NCBI GenBank assembly: GCA_052327205.1
Contig: CM126226.1
Location: 11,594,001 to 11,658,000 of the forward strand
Source of the DNA: Somniosus microcephalus
Lineage: Eukaryota
DNA: 64,000 nucleotides
Direction of reading: 5' to 3'
Part shown: positions 37,463 through 49,951 of the stretch, one piece after another
Layout of the letters: the number at the start of each line of letters is the position of its first letter
Position numbering within the stretch: the stretch's first letter is position 1
Program-made: the position numbers and the translations under genes
Notes under the pieces: generated by a model
Seen by the model: the letters and a program-made list of their open reading frames with translations, nothing else
Databases searched by the model: none
Told to the model about the DNA's origin: nothing

Positions 37463-40400
37463 TCATAGAGTCATAGAGTAATTACTCCACAGAAGGAGGC
37501 CATTTGGCCCATTGAGTCCATGCTAGTGCTCTGTAGAGCAATCCAGTCAATCCCATTCCCCTGCTCTACCCCCATAGCCCTGCAAGTTTATTTCCCTCCA
37601 GTGCCTATCCAATTTCCTTTTGAAATCATTGATCGTCTCCACTTCCACCACCCTCGTCGGCAGCGAATTCCAGGTCATCACCCCTCGCTGCGTAAAAAAG
37701 TTCTTCCTCACATCCCCCCTGTATCTCTTGCCCACAACCTTAAACCTGTGTCCCCTAGTCCTTGCACCATCAACTAATGGGAACAGCCTTTCTCTGCCTA
37801 CCTTATCCAAACCTGTCATAATCTTGTACACTTCTATCAAATCACCCCTCAACCTCCTTTGCTCCAAGGAGAACAACCCCAGCTTCTCCAACCTAACCTT
37901 GTAGCTAAAATCCCTCATCCTTGGAACCATTCTGGTAAATCTCCTCTGCACCCTCTCCAGGACCTTCACATCCTTCCTAAAGTGTGGTAACCAGAACTGG
38001 ACACAATACTCTACCCTAACCAGAGGTTCAGCATAACTTCCCTGCTTTTGCACTCAATACCTCTATTTATGAAGCCCAAGATCCCATATGCTTTGCTAAC
38101 TACTCTCTCGATGTCTTGCCACCTTCAAAGATCTATGCACATGAACCCCCGGCTCCCTCTGTCCCTGCACACTCTTCATAACTGCCATTATTAAGTGTAT
38201 AATGCCTCTCTCTGCCCCTTCTGCCAAAATGCATCACCTCATACTTCTCTGTATTAAATCCCATCTGTCACTTGTCTGCCCATTCTGCTAGCCTATCTAT
38301 GTCCTGTTGCAGTCGATTGGTATCATCATCACTGTTTGCCACACCTCCAAGTTTGAGATCATTGGCAAATTTTGAAATTTTACTCTGTATTCCAATGTCC
38401 AAGTCATATCAAAAAAGCAGTGGTCCTAGCACTGACCCTTGGGGAACACCACTGTCTACCATCCTCCAGTCTGAAAAACAACCATTTACCACGACTTGTT
38501 TTCTGTCCTTAAGCCAATTTCTTATCCAAGCTGATACTGACCTTCCTATTCCATGAGTCTCAATTATGTTAACCAGCCTTTAATGTGGTACTTTGTCAAA
38601 CACTTTCTTAAAATCCATCTAGACAAAATCCATTGCATTCCAGCCAAACACGATCTGCCTTTTACAAATCCGTGCTGGCTCTCCTTAATTAACCTCTCCA
38701 AGTACCTGTTAATTTTTCCATGATTATTGTTTCTAAAACCTTACCCACCGCTGATGTTAAACTGACCGGCCTGTCGTTACTAGGATTGTTCTTGCACCCT
38801 TTCTTGAACAAGGGTGTCAGATTTGCCACTTTCCAATCTTCTGGCACCTCCCCTGTATCTAGGGAAGATTGGAAGATTATGGCAAGCCCTTCCGCTATCT
38901 CCACCTCCATTTCGCTTAGCAACCTGGGATGCAAGCAAGGATGGATATGCTTAGATTTATGGGGCTAAAAATTGAGTAGCGCCTCCATGTTGGAAATTGA
39001 GTGGTAGCGCCCCAAGAGGGAAGTGGGGCGCTACTGGAAGCGCCCTGCATCCCTCTTTAGGCGAGGGAATATCGCAACGTTACGTGCCGCAGCGCCGCGG
39101 TATTGCAGGCCTTCCTCCACTTCTTAAAGGGGAGGGGCCTTGCACAGCGCGACCCGGGGATTGGGAGTGCCGGGCTCTTGGAGCACAGCTGGCTCTCCGG
39201 GTGGGGTGGTGCGGCGGTTCAGGAGGCCGGCGACTGGTGCGCAGGCAGGTGCTGGCAGGCGGCCAGCAACAAAAATGACCGCCCCGCACCTTACCTTTTT
39301 AAATAGCGCCTCCCCGGCCGCAGGTAGGCGCCCCCGACCCCGTCGGACAGAACATCCGGCAGCAATTCAGGGGGCGCTTCTGAAGATCGCGAACGGGGCA
39401 CTGCGCATGGCGATTATGTCATCGCCGGCGGCGCGGGGCGCTACTGGTTAGCACCGCCGCTAACCTCCCGCTGAAGTTCGCGGGAGACATGGGCGGCGCC
39501 GCACCAGGCGCTAGTTGCTTTGCACCCACGGGAGGCGCAAAGCAACCAAATTTTTCCCCCCATCCACTCTAAGCATATCCAGCCTTTCCAGTACATCCTG
39601 CCTATCAAGTTTCACCCCATCCATTACCTCTACCATCTCCGCTTCTACTGAGATTTTGTCAGCATCCTCTTCCCTAGTAAACACCGATACAAAGTACTCA
39701 TTGTATTCTACCCTTGCCCTGCGCCTCTATAAGCATATATCACCACCTTTGTCCCCAATAGACCCCACCCCGCCTCTCTATACCCGCTTACTGTTTACAT
39801 GCCGATAGAAGATTTTTGGGTTCCCTTTTATGTTAACTGCCATTCTATTCTCATTCTCTCTTTGCCAGTCTTATTTTCTTCTTCACTTCCCTTCTCAACT
39901 TGTTGTATTTGGCCTGGTTCTCACTTGAAGAATTCACCTGACCTGCATCATGCACCCTCTTTTTTTGCTTCATCATATTCTCTATCTCCCTCGTCAGCCA
40001 AGGAGCCCTGGATTTGGTTCCCCTACCTTTCCCTCTTGTTGGAATGTACCTAGCCTGTACCTGAAACATCTCCTCCTTAAAGATCACCCATTGTTCTGTT
40101 ACAGTTTTTCCTGTCAATCTTTGGTTCCATTTTACCCTGGCTAGATCCCCTCTCATCCCATTGAAGTTAGCCCTCTTCCAATTTAGGAGGTCTACTTTCG
40201 ATTGTTCTTTGCTCTTCTCCATTACTAATCTAAACCTTATGATACGATGGTCACTCTTACCCAAGTGTTCTCCCACAGACACTTGGTCCACTTGGCCCAC
40301 CTCATTCCCCAGCACCAGATCCAGCAATGCCTCCTTCCTAGTTGGACCGAGAACATACTGGTCAAGGAAGTTCTCCTGAACACATTTCAGAAATTCCTCT

Positions 40401-40526
40401 CCCTCCTTTGCCTTTACTTTACCCTTATCCCAGTCGATATTTGGGTAATTAAATTCCCCCAATATCACCACTCTATAGTTCTTGCACATCTCTGTGATTT
40501 CCCTGCAGATTTGCTTCTCTATCTCT
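37463..40526 (-). mobile_element. CR1 LINE (endonuclease plus RT remnants), about 3 kb, inserted in LINE-A
   Basis: ORF fragments VVILGEFNYPNIDW...PTRKEALLDLVL (APE endonuclease), RPVSLTSAVGKVLE and EYCVQFW...LERVQRRFTRM; tail tcatagagtcatagag at its left end. Confidence 0.92.
38959..39563. mobile_element. GC/CpG-rich MITE-like insertion in the CR1
   Basis: Abrupt CpG-rich block with imperfect inverted ends atggggctaaaaattg / caaatttttccccccat; the CR1 sequence resumes after it. Confidence 0.7.
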
Positions 40527-41835
40527 CCTGATAATGAAGCAGCCTACAGCAGGACATTTGCACCACATTAATGCCAGATAACGACCATCTCAAACAAGCG
40601 AAAGCCCAGCCATCTCCCCTGATCTTCAGTGCCCCCACCATCGGTCATTGACCAGAAGCTTAACTGGACCAGCCATATCAGCACGATGGCTACAAGAGCA
40701 GGGCAGAGGCTGGGTACTCTGCGACGAGTGGCCAACCTCCTGAACCCTCAAACCCTCTACCATCCACAAGCCTAATCAGGAGTGAGTTGTAATACTCAGT
40801 GGATGGGTACTGCTGCAACAGCACGCGAGAAGCTCAACATCATCCAGGACACAGCAATTCACTTGACTGGTGCCCCTGCTAATGTACTTGAGATCCACCC
40901 CCTCCAACACTGGCACACTGTGGCTGCAGTACAAACTATCTACAGGATGCACTACAGCAACTCACTAAAGTCCCTCCCTTGTGACCTCTACCACCAAGAA
41001 AGACAAGAGCAACAATACCCTGAGAACACGTTCAGCAAAAATTATTTTCCAATTCTCTCACTATCCTGACTTGGGCTCATATTGCCATTCCTTTCTCATT
41101 GCTGTGTGAATAGCCTGGAATTCCCTACCTATTACCATTGTCTCTTAGGCAGTCCCTCGGAACCAAGGATGACTTGCTTCCACATTAAAAATGAGTTCTC
41201 AGGTGACTGAGGAGTCCAATGCGGGACCTACAGTCTCTGTCACAGGTGGGGCAGACGGTGGTTGAAGGGGCGGGTGGGTGGGGTGCTTGGGTTGATGTGT
41301 GCTGCTTGTGCTTGGCTTCCGCTTGCTCCCGGCGAAGAGACTCAAGGCCTTCCCGGATGCTTCTTCTCCACTTTGTGCGGTCTTGGGCCAGGGATTCCCA
41401 GGTGTCGGTGGGGATGTTGCACTTTTTCAAGGAGGCTTTTAGGGTGTCCTTGAAGCGTTTCCTCTGCCCACCTGGGGCTCTCTTGCCACGTCGGAGCTCC
41501 AAGTAGAGCGCTTGTTTTGGGAGTCTCGTATCAGGCATGCGAACGATGTGACCCGTCCATCGGAGCTGATTGAGCGTGATCAAAGCTTCGATGCTGCGGA
41601 TGTTGGCCTGAGCGAGAACACTGACGTTGGTGCGCCTATCCTGCCAATGGATTTGCAGGATCTTGCGGAGGCAGCTTTGGTGGTACCTCTCCAGTGCTTT
41701 GAGGTGCCTGTAGTAACACCATGACCACAGGGTCAACAGCACTTCAAGGAGAAGGCTCACCATCACCACCTCGGGGCAGTTACAGATGGGCAATAACTGT
41801 CAGCCTTACCAGTGTCACCCACACCCTGAGAACAA
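40527..41835 (+). mobile_element. LINE-A right part and 3' tail (interrupted by RTE at 41141-41709)
   Basis: RT C-terminal remnant (ggctacaagagcagggcagaggctgggtactctgcg) and tail aaggctcaccatcaccacc...gatgggcaataactgtcagccttaccagtgtcacccacaccc. Confidence 0.72.
41141..41709 (-). mobile_element. RTE-clade LINE, 5'-truncated
   Basis: ORF 41185-41793: HQSCLRKILQIHWQD...LPKQALY...CPTCDRDCRSRIGLLSHLRTH (C2H2-like). Confidence 0.9.
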
Positions 41836-43087
41836 ATGACAAACCGATTGGAGTTCTTTGAGGTTGTAACTAGTGGAGTAGACAAAGGGGAACTGGTAGA
41901 TGTGGTGTATCTGGATTTTCAGAAGGCCTTCGATAAGGTCCCACACAAGAGGTTGGTGAACAAAATGAGGGCACATGGAATTGGGGGTAATATACTAGCA
42001 TGGATTGAGAATTGGTTAACAGACAGAAAACAAAGAGTAGGGATAAACGGTTCTTTTTCAGGATGGCAGGCTGTGACTACTGGGGTACCGCAAGGATCGG
42101 TGCTTGGGCCCCAGCCATTCACAATCTATATCAATGATTTGGATGAGGGGACTAAATGTAACATTTCCAAATTTGCTGCTGATACAAAGCTAGGTGGCAG
42201 TGTCAGATGTGAAGAGGCTTCAAGGGGATCTCGACAGGCTCAGTGAGTGGGCGAGAACATAGCAGATGGAATATAATGTGGATAAATGTGAAGTTATCCA
42301 CTTTGGTGGAAAAAAGCCGAAAGGCAGAGTATTTCCTAAATGGTGAAAGATTGGGGAATGCAGATGCTCAAAGGGACCTGGGTGTCCTTGTACATGAGTC
42401 ACTGAAAGTGAATGTGCAGGTGCAGCAAGCCATTAGGAAGGCAAATGGTATGCTGGCCTTCATTACAAGAGGATTTGAGTACAGGAGTAAAGAAGTTTTA
42501 CTCCAATTATATAGGGCCTTGGTGAGACCACACCTGGAGTACTGTGTACAATTTTGGTCTCCTTACCTAAGGAAGGATATACCTGCCATAGAGGGAGTGC
42601 AACAAAGGTTCACGAGATTGATTCCTGGGATGGCGGGAATGTCGTATGAGAAGAGATTGAGTAAACTAGGCCTGTATTCTCTTGAATTCAGAAGAATGAG
42701 AGGGGATCTCATTGAAGCATACAAAATTATTACAGGCCTTGATAGGGTGGATGCTGGGAGAATGTTTCCCTTGGCTGGGGAGTCTAGAACCAGGGGCCAC
42801 AGCCTCAGGATAAAGGGTAGGCCATTCAGGACTGAGATGGGAAGAAATTTCTTCACAGAGGGTGGTGAATCTTTGGAATTCTCTACCCCAGAGGGCTGTG
42901 GAGGCTCAGTCATTGGGTATATTCAAAACAGAAGTCGATAGATTTCTGACAAGTAAGAGCATCAAGGGATATGGCGATAGGGCCGGTGAATGGAGTTGAG
43001 GCAGAAGATCAGCCATGATCTCACTGAATGGCGGAGCAGGCTCGAAGGGCCGAATGGCCTACTCCTGCTCCTATTTCTTATGTTCTT
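41836..43087 (+). mobile_element. CR1 LINE RT and 3' end
   Basis: VDVVYLDFQKAFDKVPH, GVPQGSVLGP, YINDLD, LVRPHLEYCVQFWSP; tail ttcttatgttctt. Confidence 0.93.
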
Positions 43088-43089
43088 AA

Positions 43090-43900
43090 AAACACTGCTC
43101 AATACAGAACATGAATCGAGAAGAGTTACAATATGAACACTGTCTCTTAAGATCTTTCGGTTTAGGGGTAGGTTGGCCCACTCAGTCTGTGGACGTGTCC
43201 AGAGGTCAAAGTAAAAGTTATCTGGAAAAGGAGACCAGATTCTTGCCATCTTGATTCTTTGGGCACTCTGAAAATGTGCACATTATTACACTGGGAGTGG
43301 TTATCAAGATTGTACAGCTTTGTAGTCATACACTTGGTTTTGGAATAAAATGAGCTGTACCTTGCTCCAGGTGTGTGTCTCCGCCTACTGCTGAGCACTT
43401 AATGCTGCAAGGTTGTTTAGAGCTCCATCAATGTTATTTTTGGCCTATTATTGTCCCATTGATCTGAATACTGCTGATGCAGGGGTCTCTGAGGTTGGAG
43501 TCGGGGTCCAATCCAGTGAAAGTGAAGAGTTTTCACATCCCATAAAAGGCAGTGCAGATGGGGAATTGAGAGATTATGAATTTTGTTCTACCTGTAATTT
43601 TTCATTATATATTTTTTAAATTTGAAAATTGGAATTCAAATTGGGAGAACTGTTCAGATGGTGACTGGTTTTGCCAGGGTAGAAGGCGCACCACAGGAGC
43701 ACAACCATGCTTGGTACGCAGCTCTCCAGAAGTCAAAATGTGACCGGAGAATTTGCTGACGTGACTTTGTGGTATTGTATTGAGCTGCTCTCTCGTGCAA
43801 CCGTCTCGCCACACTTTGCATAAGCGGACTGTACATCATCAGTGAACCAGAAGCTGCAACTCTGCAGTTTCCTGCCACCGCAAAGACCTCGTATCCTTTA
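43090..43900 (-). mobile_element. Possible L1/Tx1 ORF1 remnant
   Basis: Minus-strand LDNHSQCNNVHIFRVPKE resembles the L1 ORF1 motif LENRSRRNNxRIxGxPE; heavily degenerate. Confidence 0.4.
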
Positions 43901-44936
43901 GGACGCTCAATCCTAGATCACTAGTGCCTGCTGCATTTTATTTTCCTTCAAGCATTTCCAGCATATCAACACACTGCATTAGAGCTGGGATTAGATTTCG
44001 AATTAACTAAATTTATTTCCAGAAATTAAACAAGTAGGACACATAGAGAACACGTGCTTATGTACAGTGACAGCAGTAAATGGCCTGATCTTTTAAAAGT
44101 ACGCTGTGCTCCCGAGTGAATGTGGCAAAAGACTCGACCAGGTCTGGAGCACCCGCCCCGCCAACGCTCGCTTTTGGTTTTGGACCACCCTGTTTCATAT
44201 GCTTTTGTACTTCATTGTCTCTCGTGCATGCTCGTTCTTGCTCGCTCTTTTTCTCACTCTCGCTCTCACAAAGCCTTCCTGGCTTAATTAACACATTGAT
44301 ACTGTTTGGAAACCTCGAACAAAGCCCACCTCCTTGAAGCCAGACATGCAAGAGCTGGGTGGCCATCTTCAACCTCCCTTGCCTCAGCTTTACATTTACA
44401 CAGAGCACAATGTACTACGTTTATATTACTAACAAAAAGCTAGTTCTGCCAGCCTCTCTAATATGATAATACCATGGCATTTATCAAAGTCAGGGTATTA
44501 GATTTTACTTAACTCAAATTGATCTGAAGCTCCATTGGAGAAAGCTAATCTAGCTACATTGCAGGCCTGTATACTGCAGCTATTAATTTATGTTTCTACT
44601 TGTTCAGTGCAGTTTCATCTTGCTTGTATAGCCTGTGTGCCTAAGGTGTGCCTACAGTGTTGAAACTGTTTTTGGTAGCATATACCCAAGTGCCTCACAC
44701 TATTAACATTGGAAGAAATTGAAGTTCCACACTAAAACAGAATATTTTTAACAGTAAAGCTCTTTGGGATGATGGAGAAATTATTGTATTTCTACCACTC
44801 TCTTTGTTTACGATATCTGTCGCTGTTCTAGATCAAGGAAACATTTCAGTGTCATATAGAAAGTCTAAACATGAAGTGGTGCATATGATGGTCAGGGCTG
44901 TAACAGTTTAATGCTGTGTTGGTTTCTCTTCTGCAG

Positions 44937-45062
44937 ATTAGAATCCGTGATCCAAACCAGGGAGGCAAGGACATCACTGAAGAAATAATGTCAGGAGGAG
45001 GGGGAAGCAGAAACCCTACACCACCTGTAGTGAGGCCGAGCTCCACGCCCACTCCACCTCAG
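44937..45062 (+). CDS. EIF4G3: EIF4G3 exon [42 protein letters not shown] (126 nt); PABP-binding motif
   Basis: Acceptor tttctcttctgcag, donor CAG|gtagtt. [20 protein letters not shown] is the eIF4G PABP site; GGSRNPTPP identifies eIF4G3 rather than eIF4G1. Confidence 0.97.
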
Positions 45063-45169
45063 GTAGTTAGAACTGACTAAACAGCATCCAGTATAAACTA
45101 GCTGTTTGTTAAAAATTGGCAGTTGTATAGAATTTTTAGTTTTACTCCATTTTAGGTCCATTCTAATAT

Positions 45170-45468
45170 TTATCAGAGGGGACTGTTACCAAGATATACA
45201 AGATGCTTAACAACATAGTGAAAGTAAACTCCAAACAATACTTTGATCCATCTGGCTCAGGGCTGTGCAGGGCAAATTTAGGACAGATGTTAAAATCCTT
45301 CTTTCAAAAGGTGGTTAACAGCTGGGAAAGAGTGGGTGCAGCCAAGATACTGGTTTCATTTAAGAAACAGTTAGCTGCTGCGATGAGAAGGTGGAAAGGT
45401 TAGTGTTCTGGAAGGATGAACTCAAATGTGCTGAAGGGTCATCTTCACCCCAGCCTATCTTGTGATCA
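45170..45468 (+). mobile_element. Degenerate CR1-like 3' fragment
   Basis: ttctttcaaaaggtggttaacagctgg...tcatttaagaaacagttag, CR1-like FFxQRVVNxW/FKKQL remnant. Confidence 0.45.
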
Positions 45469-45810
45469 TTTGCAATCTTTCCAATAGATAGGCACATGGC
45501 GATTACATCCTAGGCGGGAGCGAATTATAGAGGGGGAATCTCAATTATCTCCCATAATGGAGAGGATTCCTCTTTTGCCAGATGAGTCTCCAAACGGCAC
45601 TGTTGATTTCTGTTGACGTTTGAATGAGCCGCTTCCCCCACCCACCTGCCTCTGTCCTCCCTGCCTCGGTTGCTTTCGTTGGCAAAAGTAGCTTCAAATG
45701 AGCTCTCGGCTTCCCTCCTGCAATAGACCCGAGACAGACAGCCAAAACACCAACCACAGCTACAGCTGTGAGCATCCAAGCCAACGTGCACTCTCCCACT
45801 GTGCTCTGGT

Positions 45811-45834
45811 ATGGTGCTGACAGATTCACTGAAG
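45811..45834 (+). CDS. Candidate alternative first coding exon MVLTDSLK (ends phase 0)
   Basis: Good Kozak context (ggtATGG), in-frame TGA upstream at 45769-45771, donor AAG|gtgagc; the phase matches the exon at 49269. Confidence 0.45.
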
Positions 45835-48800
45835 GTGAGCAAATACAGCCTTTAGTGTTTTTGGCTGGTTTTCTAGAGTCTGAGACCAGACCGAAGGCTG
45901 GAGTCACGAGCTGCCAGATCAGCTGGTGGAGCAGCCGCTGAGGTGCCAGCTGATCTTGCTGACAGGAGGAGCATTGTTGCCAAGCCTTTAGGCCAAACAT
46001 TTTGAGAAGAAAAATTCTTGCAGATAATTTAACACAGGTAAAGGGAGTACAAGCAATTGAGGTTCCACTTTTAGTTTTAGAGTAAACATCGTTTAGGGAT
46101 TATAGCTCTTTAGTGCATTACTATTGGAATGTTGGAACAAAAGAATATGCAGTACCAGGAGAGACCATTGTGGTCCATCTGGCCAGAGCAGTAAAATTGA
46201 AAGTGGGAAGATTTTTTTCTAAGTACAAAGGAGTTCCGTTTGCTTACTACAGTTTGAGAGAAACTGTCATTATTAACTACATAGCTTATTTTATCTTGAG
46301 CCAATTGTTTCCGGCAAGATTTTGATGCATTTCCTGAATTTTGTTTCTATTTAATCGATTATTAAAATGGACTGATCCCATTGGTACGGCATTGTGTAGC
46401 AATCCCCAATTGACTGCAGATTTTTTAGAGCAAACTTAAGCATCAATGTGCACACAGAAAGGGGTTCTGTGGCATATACAAGTCTAAAAAGGTTGACTTG
46501 TGGCCGTAATTAGGGCAAGTGATTTGGTGTGGGGTACATCCAGTGAAAGAATCCTAAGAATTTTGATTTTACATTGGGTTAATATGTATGAAAAGGTGAA
46601 AAATATAAATAATAAAATATCTGACATATGGTATTTAAAACTCAAGGTCTGTAAGTTCAAAACAAATGACCTTTTTTTTCCTTGTTTTAAAATCTTTTTT
46701 AATTCATTTACATTGAGTAGAACTGGTAATATTGCATCTGCGTATTCAGAATTTCAAAAGTACCTGAGTGATTATGCATTTAACTTGGAATTTAATTTTT
46801 GAACTTAATTTCTATCTAATTTTACACATTTTATGCACCATTTTTGTTTTGTTCTGGTTTGTGTTCTCTAAATGCAAATTAGTAAACCAACCAAAACCTA
46901 GATCTGTAGGGGGAGCTTGACTATCGGTTCCAGAGTTAATGTAGCTTGCGGTGGCCATGTGACATGTAATGACATCATATGGTCGTCAGTTCCCTCATTT
47001 TTCAGGTGCAATAAAGTGGTACAAAACGGAAAAGATACAAACCCACAATGTAAACACAACTCGCGTGCTTACTCTAGTTCTGAATTACCACAGTTGGATA
47101 TTGTATATTATAGCTGCTGCACAATGTAATTATTGAGATTTAAAATAAAATGTGAAGATTTGCTGAAGTAAAACTTTCTGAAATGTATGCTTGCACATCT
47201 TGTTTGAAGTGTTGTCTGTGTTTCATGTTGTACTGAACTTTAAATACTTGTCTGTCTTCTAATGTGTATGATGTATCATGTTCCCTCTAAGTTAAATTCC
47301 AATTACAAATGAAGAATTAAAAAAAAAATCATTTCACAAATAATTGTGAACAGATGAATTTTAGTGCCAGGGCCTGATTCTTGTCAGCTTTTAATTATGT
47401 ATATGAAGCGTTTTCATCCAGGTGGTATCCTTTGGCAGTGGAAGTCTTATGTAATTCGGTAGACCTAATTGGAATTTAATGCATCCAATGTTCAGGTTAC
47501 TGCCGGAGTAACTGGAGTATTTCAATCGCCTGTCGTAGTTGTCTTAAATATAAAAAACAATATTTTGCATTAGTTTGCCCAGTATTGCCACCAACTTTGG
47601 ACCACAGATGTGTCTGTCAGTCATCAGTGCTCTTTTGTTGGGTAAGAGATGGTGTAGTATCATTTGCAGGATGGGACTGCTCTTCAGTGTTTCCTTGTTG
47701 GAATGAAATGCTTCGTCCAGCACTCTTTCAAAGAACTAAAGCAACTTTACTAACGAGCGTCCATGTGATTTGAAGCTGTTCAAACTTTGGCCTGCTGGTT
47801 GTGAGTTTGGTCCTCTGCTCCTAGAGCAACCAGGTGGGCCTCAACGTTCTCTGATCTTCTAAACCAATACACTTGCATGTCAGTGTTCCCTTTCTTACCA
47901 TTTGTTTCTGTTCATATTACCTGCTTAAAAGAGTAGTTATATTTATTTTTAGATCTGAATATATCCTCCTTGCTATAGAGAGTACTTAAAAAAATAAAAA
48001 AAAATAAAAATAAATTTAAAAAAAAGTTTGCTGTATCATATCTCAATAGAGTTACAATCATGGCCCATCCTTGTCAGCTGGAATGATTGACGAGACTCGT
48101 TGGTTGGTATGTACAACTACAGCCGCCATAAATTGAAAATGGTGGTATTGGCTACGTGGTAGAGGTGCAGGGTGGTGCAGTGGTGGAGCTCCAAGAGTTG
48201 GCCCAGGAAGTGATGAGCTACCAGTTAATGCTCTTTAATATTACAGACTTAGTCTTTAAATCTCTCTTGTGGGGAAGTGACAAATGAAGGTTGGCACAGA
48301 GAAAGAAGCTGTCCCATTTTCTTTCTCTTCCCGATTCTCTCTCACCCCCCACGCCCCCCACTCCCTGTTATGATAGTTGGCCATTTTCCTGACAGTTATA
48401 TTGGTAGAGGCCTGTGAGCAGGTCTCTGAAATTAACAAGTATATTTTTAGTAAATTTTAAATCCGATTAGAGAGTGCTGTCTACTGTCACCTGTAAAGAG
48501 CAGTGTTATTTTAATATATGTAAAGAGTAAAATAGCTGAATACTTGATTTGTTACTCCCCTAATTCACCAACTCAAAAAATTAAGCTGTAGCATTTTATT
48601 GATCTGTGGACCAATTTGTAAAGATTAGGTCAATTTAATCAATTCAGAATCAACGAACCAGAATGAGTGCTAGCATTTAGAGATGCAGGCATCAGTGTAT
48701 AATGACTATAAAATTAGTTATTAACAGCTAAACTCTTTTTAAAATTAACATCTAAGTTAACTGCTTGTGTCTTTTAAAAATTATTCTCAGAAATCGCTAA

Positions 48801-49268
48801 ATTTACTTTCTGGTTATGCTTCTGCTACAATGTTTCTCGATTAGAAAATCTTCACGAATGATCAAAAATAAACTGATGTCGTCAGTGACCATCTGGCTCA
48901 GACTTTCCAGAAAAGGTTAATGAAAGGGAGGGAAAACGATAAATAGAACTTTTTTTTATTGTGAGAAATTGGCCAGTCCTCCTCAATAGATGAAAAAGGA
49001 CTCTTAGAGGGAACACGGAGAATGTATTAGCAGAGTTCTGTCTGTTGTCTATCCTTGCTGTTAATGGTAATCCTGTTTTCTTTTCCTTCTCATTCCTGCT
49101 TACTCCATCTCTTCTTTTTGGTTTTGCTTTTTGTTCTTGAATTTATTGTCCTACTGTGGAATTTCATGGAAAACTTTTTTGCTTATTTTTCTCTCTGTTG
49201 CGTGTTCCATGTGCTAGTTTTTGTGTCCGCACCCTCATTATCCTCACCTGTTATACCTCAAATCCCAG

Positions 49269-49356
49269 CAGCTGCCCAGTCAGGTTGCAGATCACGGACC
49301 AGTTTTTGGAACTGTGGAAAATGCTCACATGGCACCAAGTGTGGACTTCAAGCAAG
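49269..49356 (+). CDS. EIF4G3: EIF4G3 exon QLPSQVADHGPVFGTVENAHMAPSVDFKQ (88 nt, phase 0-1), NAGNAG acceptor
   Basis: Acceptor cccag|cag, donor AAG|gtttgt; homologous to human QLPSQVPEHSPVVYGTVESAH...DQKQ. Confidence 0.92.
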
Positions 49357-49951
49357 GTTTGTTCAGTTCTTCTCTGGTATATATTGTTGCAATGTTTTGA
49401 CTGGTAACTAAGGGAGGTTTAGCTATGTTGGTTTTTGCGAGCTGATCGTCCGGTGGGGGAATGGATGAAAAGAGCACTTTATTTCATTTTGAAGATTATG
49501 CATTTCAGTCAGGTAGATTGCAGTTAAAAGATGCCCATGTGAAGTCTTTTGTTACAGTTAGATTGAAGTTTTTCTTAAAGTGTAATCTTCAGGTTTCCTT
49601 ATGAATTTAGCTTAATTTACATTCCAGATGAAAGAAACTTTGTGCCTGTCACTTTCAAGACTTTGCATTGACTAGTTCCCGTGATGCCTGACATGTATAT
49701 TTCTCATACTTACATGTTTATATGAGCAAGTAGTAAACTTATTTGTGTTTCTTCAGTCCTTGGTAAGTTAGTTGTACCTGTTAAGAGTTACTATCATCGC
49801 ATGATTAGCAGAAAGAATCATTTCAGAGGAAAATTGCAAGATGGTAACTTAGATGACCCAGGCAGTGGCCCCCAGAGGACTAGCTTCAACCATCAATCTT
49901 GAGATCCATTTTCACAGAGGTTTAATATAGAAGGGAGTGCATTACCAGCAC

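Noticed and set aside
41836-42941. Functional reverse transcriptase gene
   Set aside because: 5'-truncated CR1 with frameshifts and the catalytic FADD changed to FAAD.
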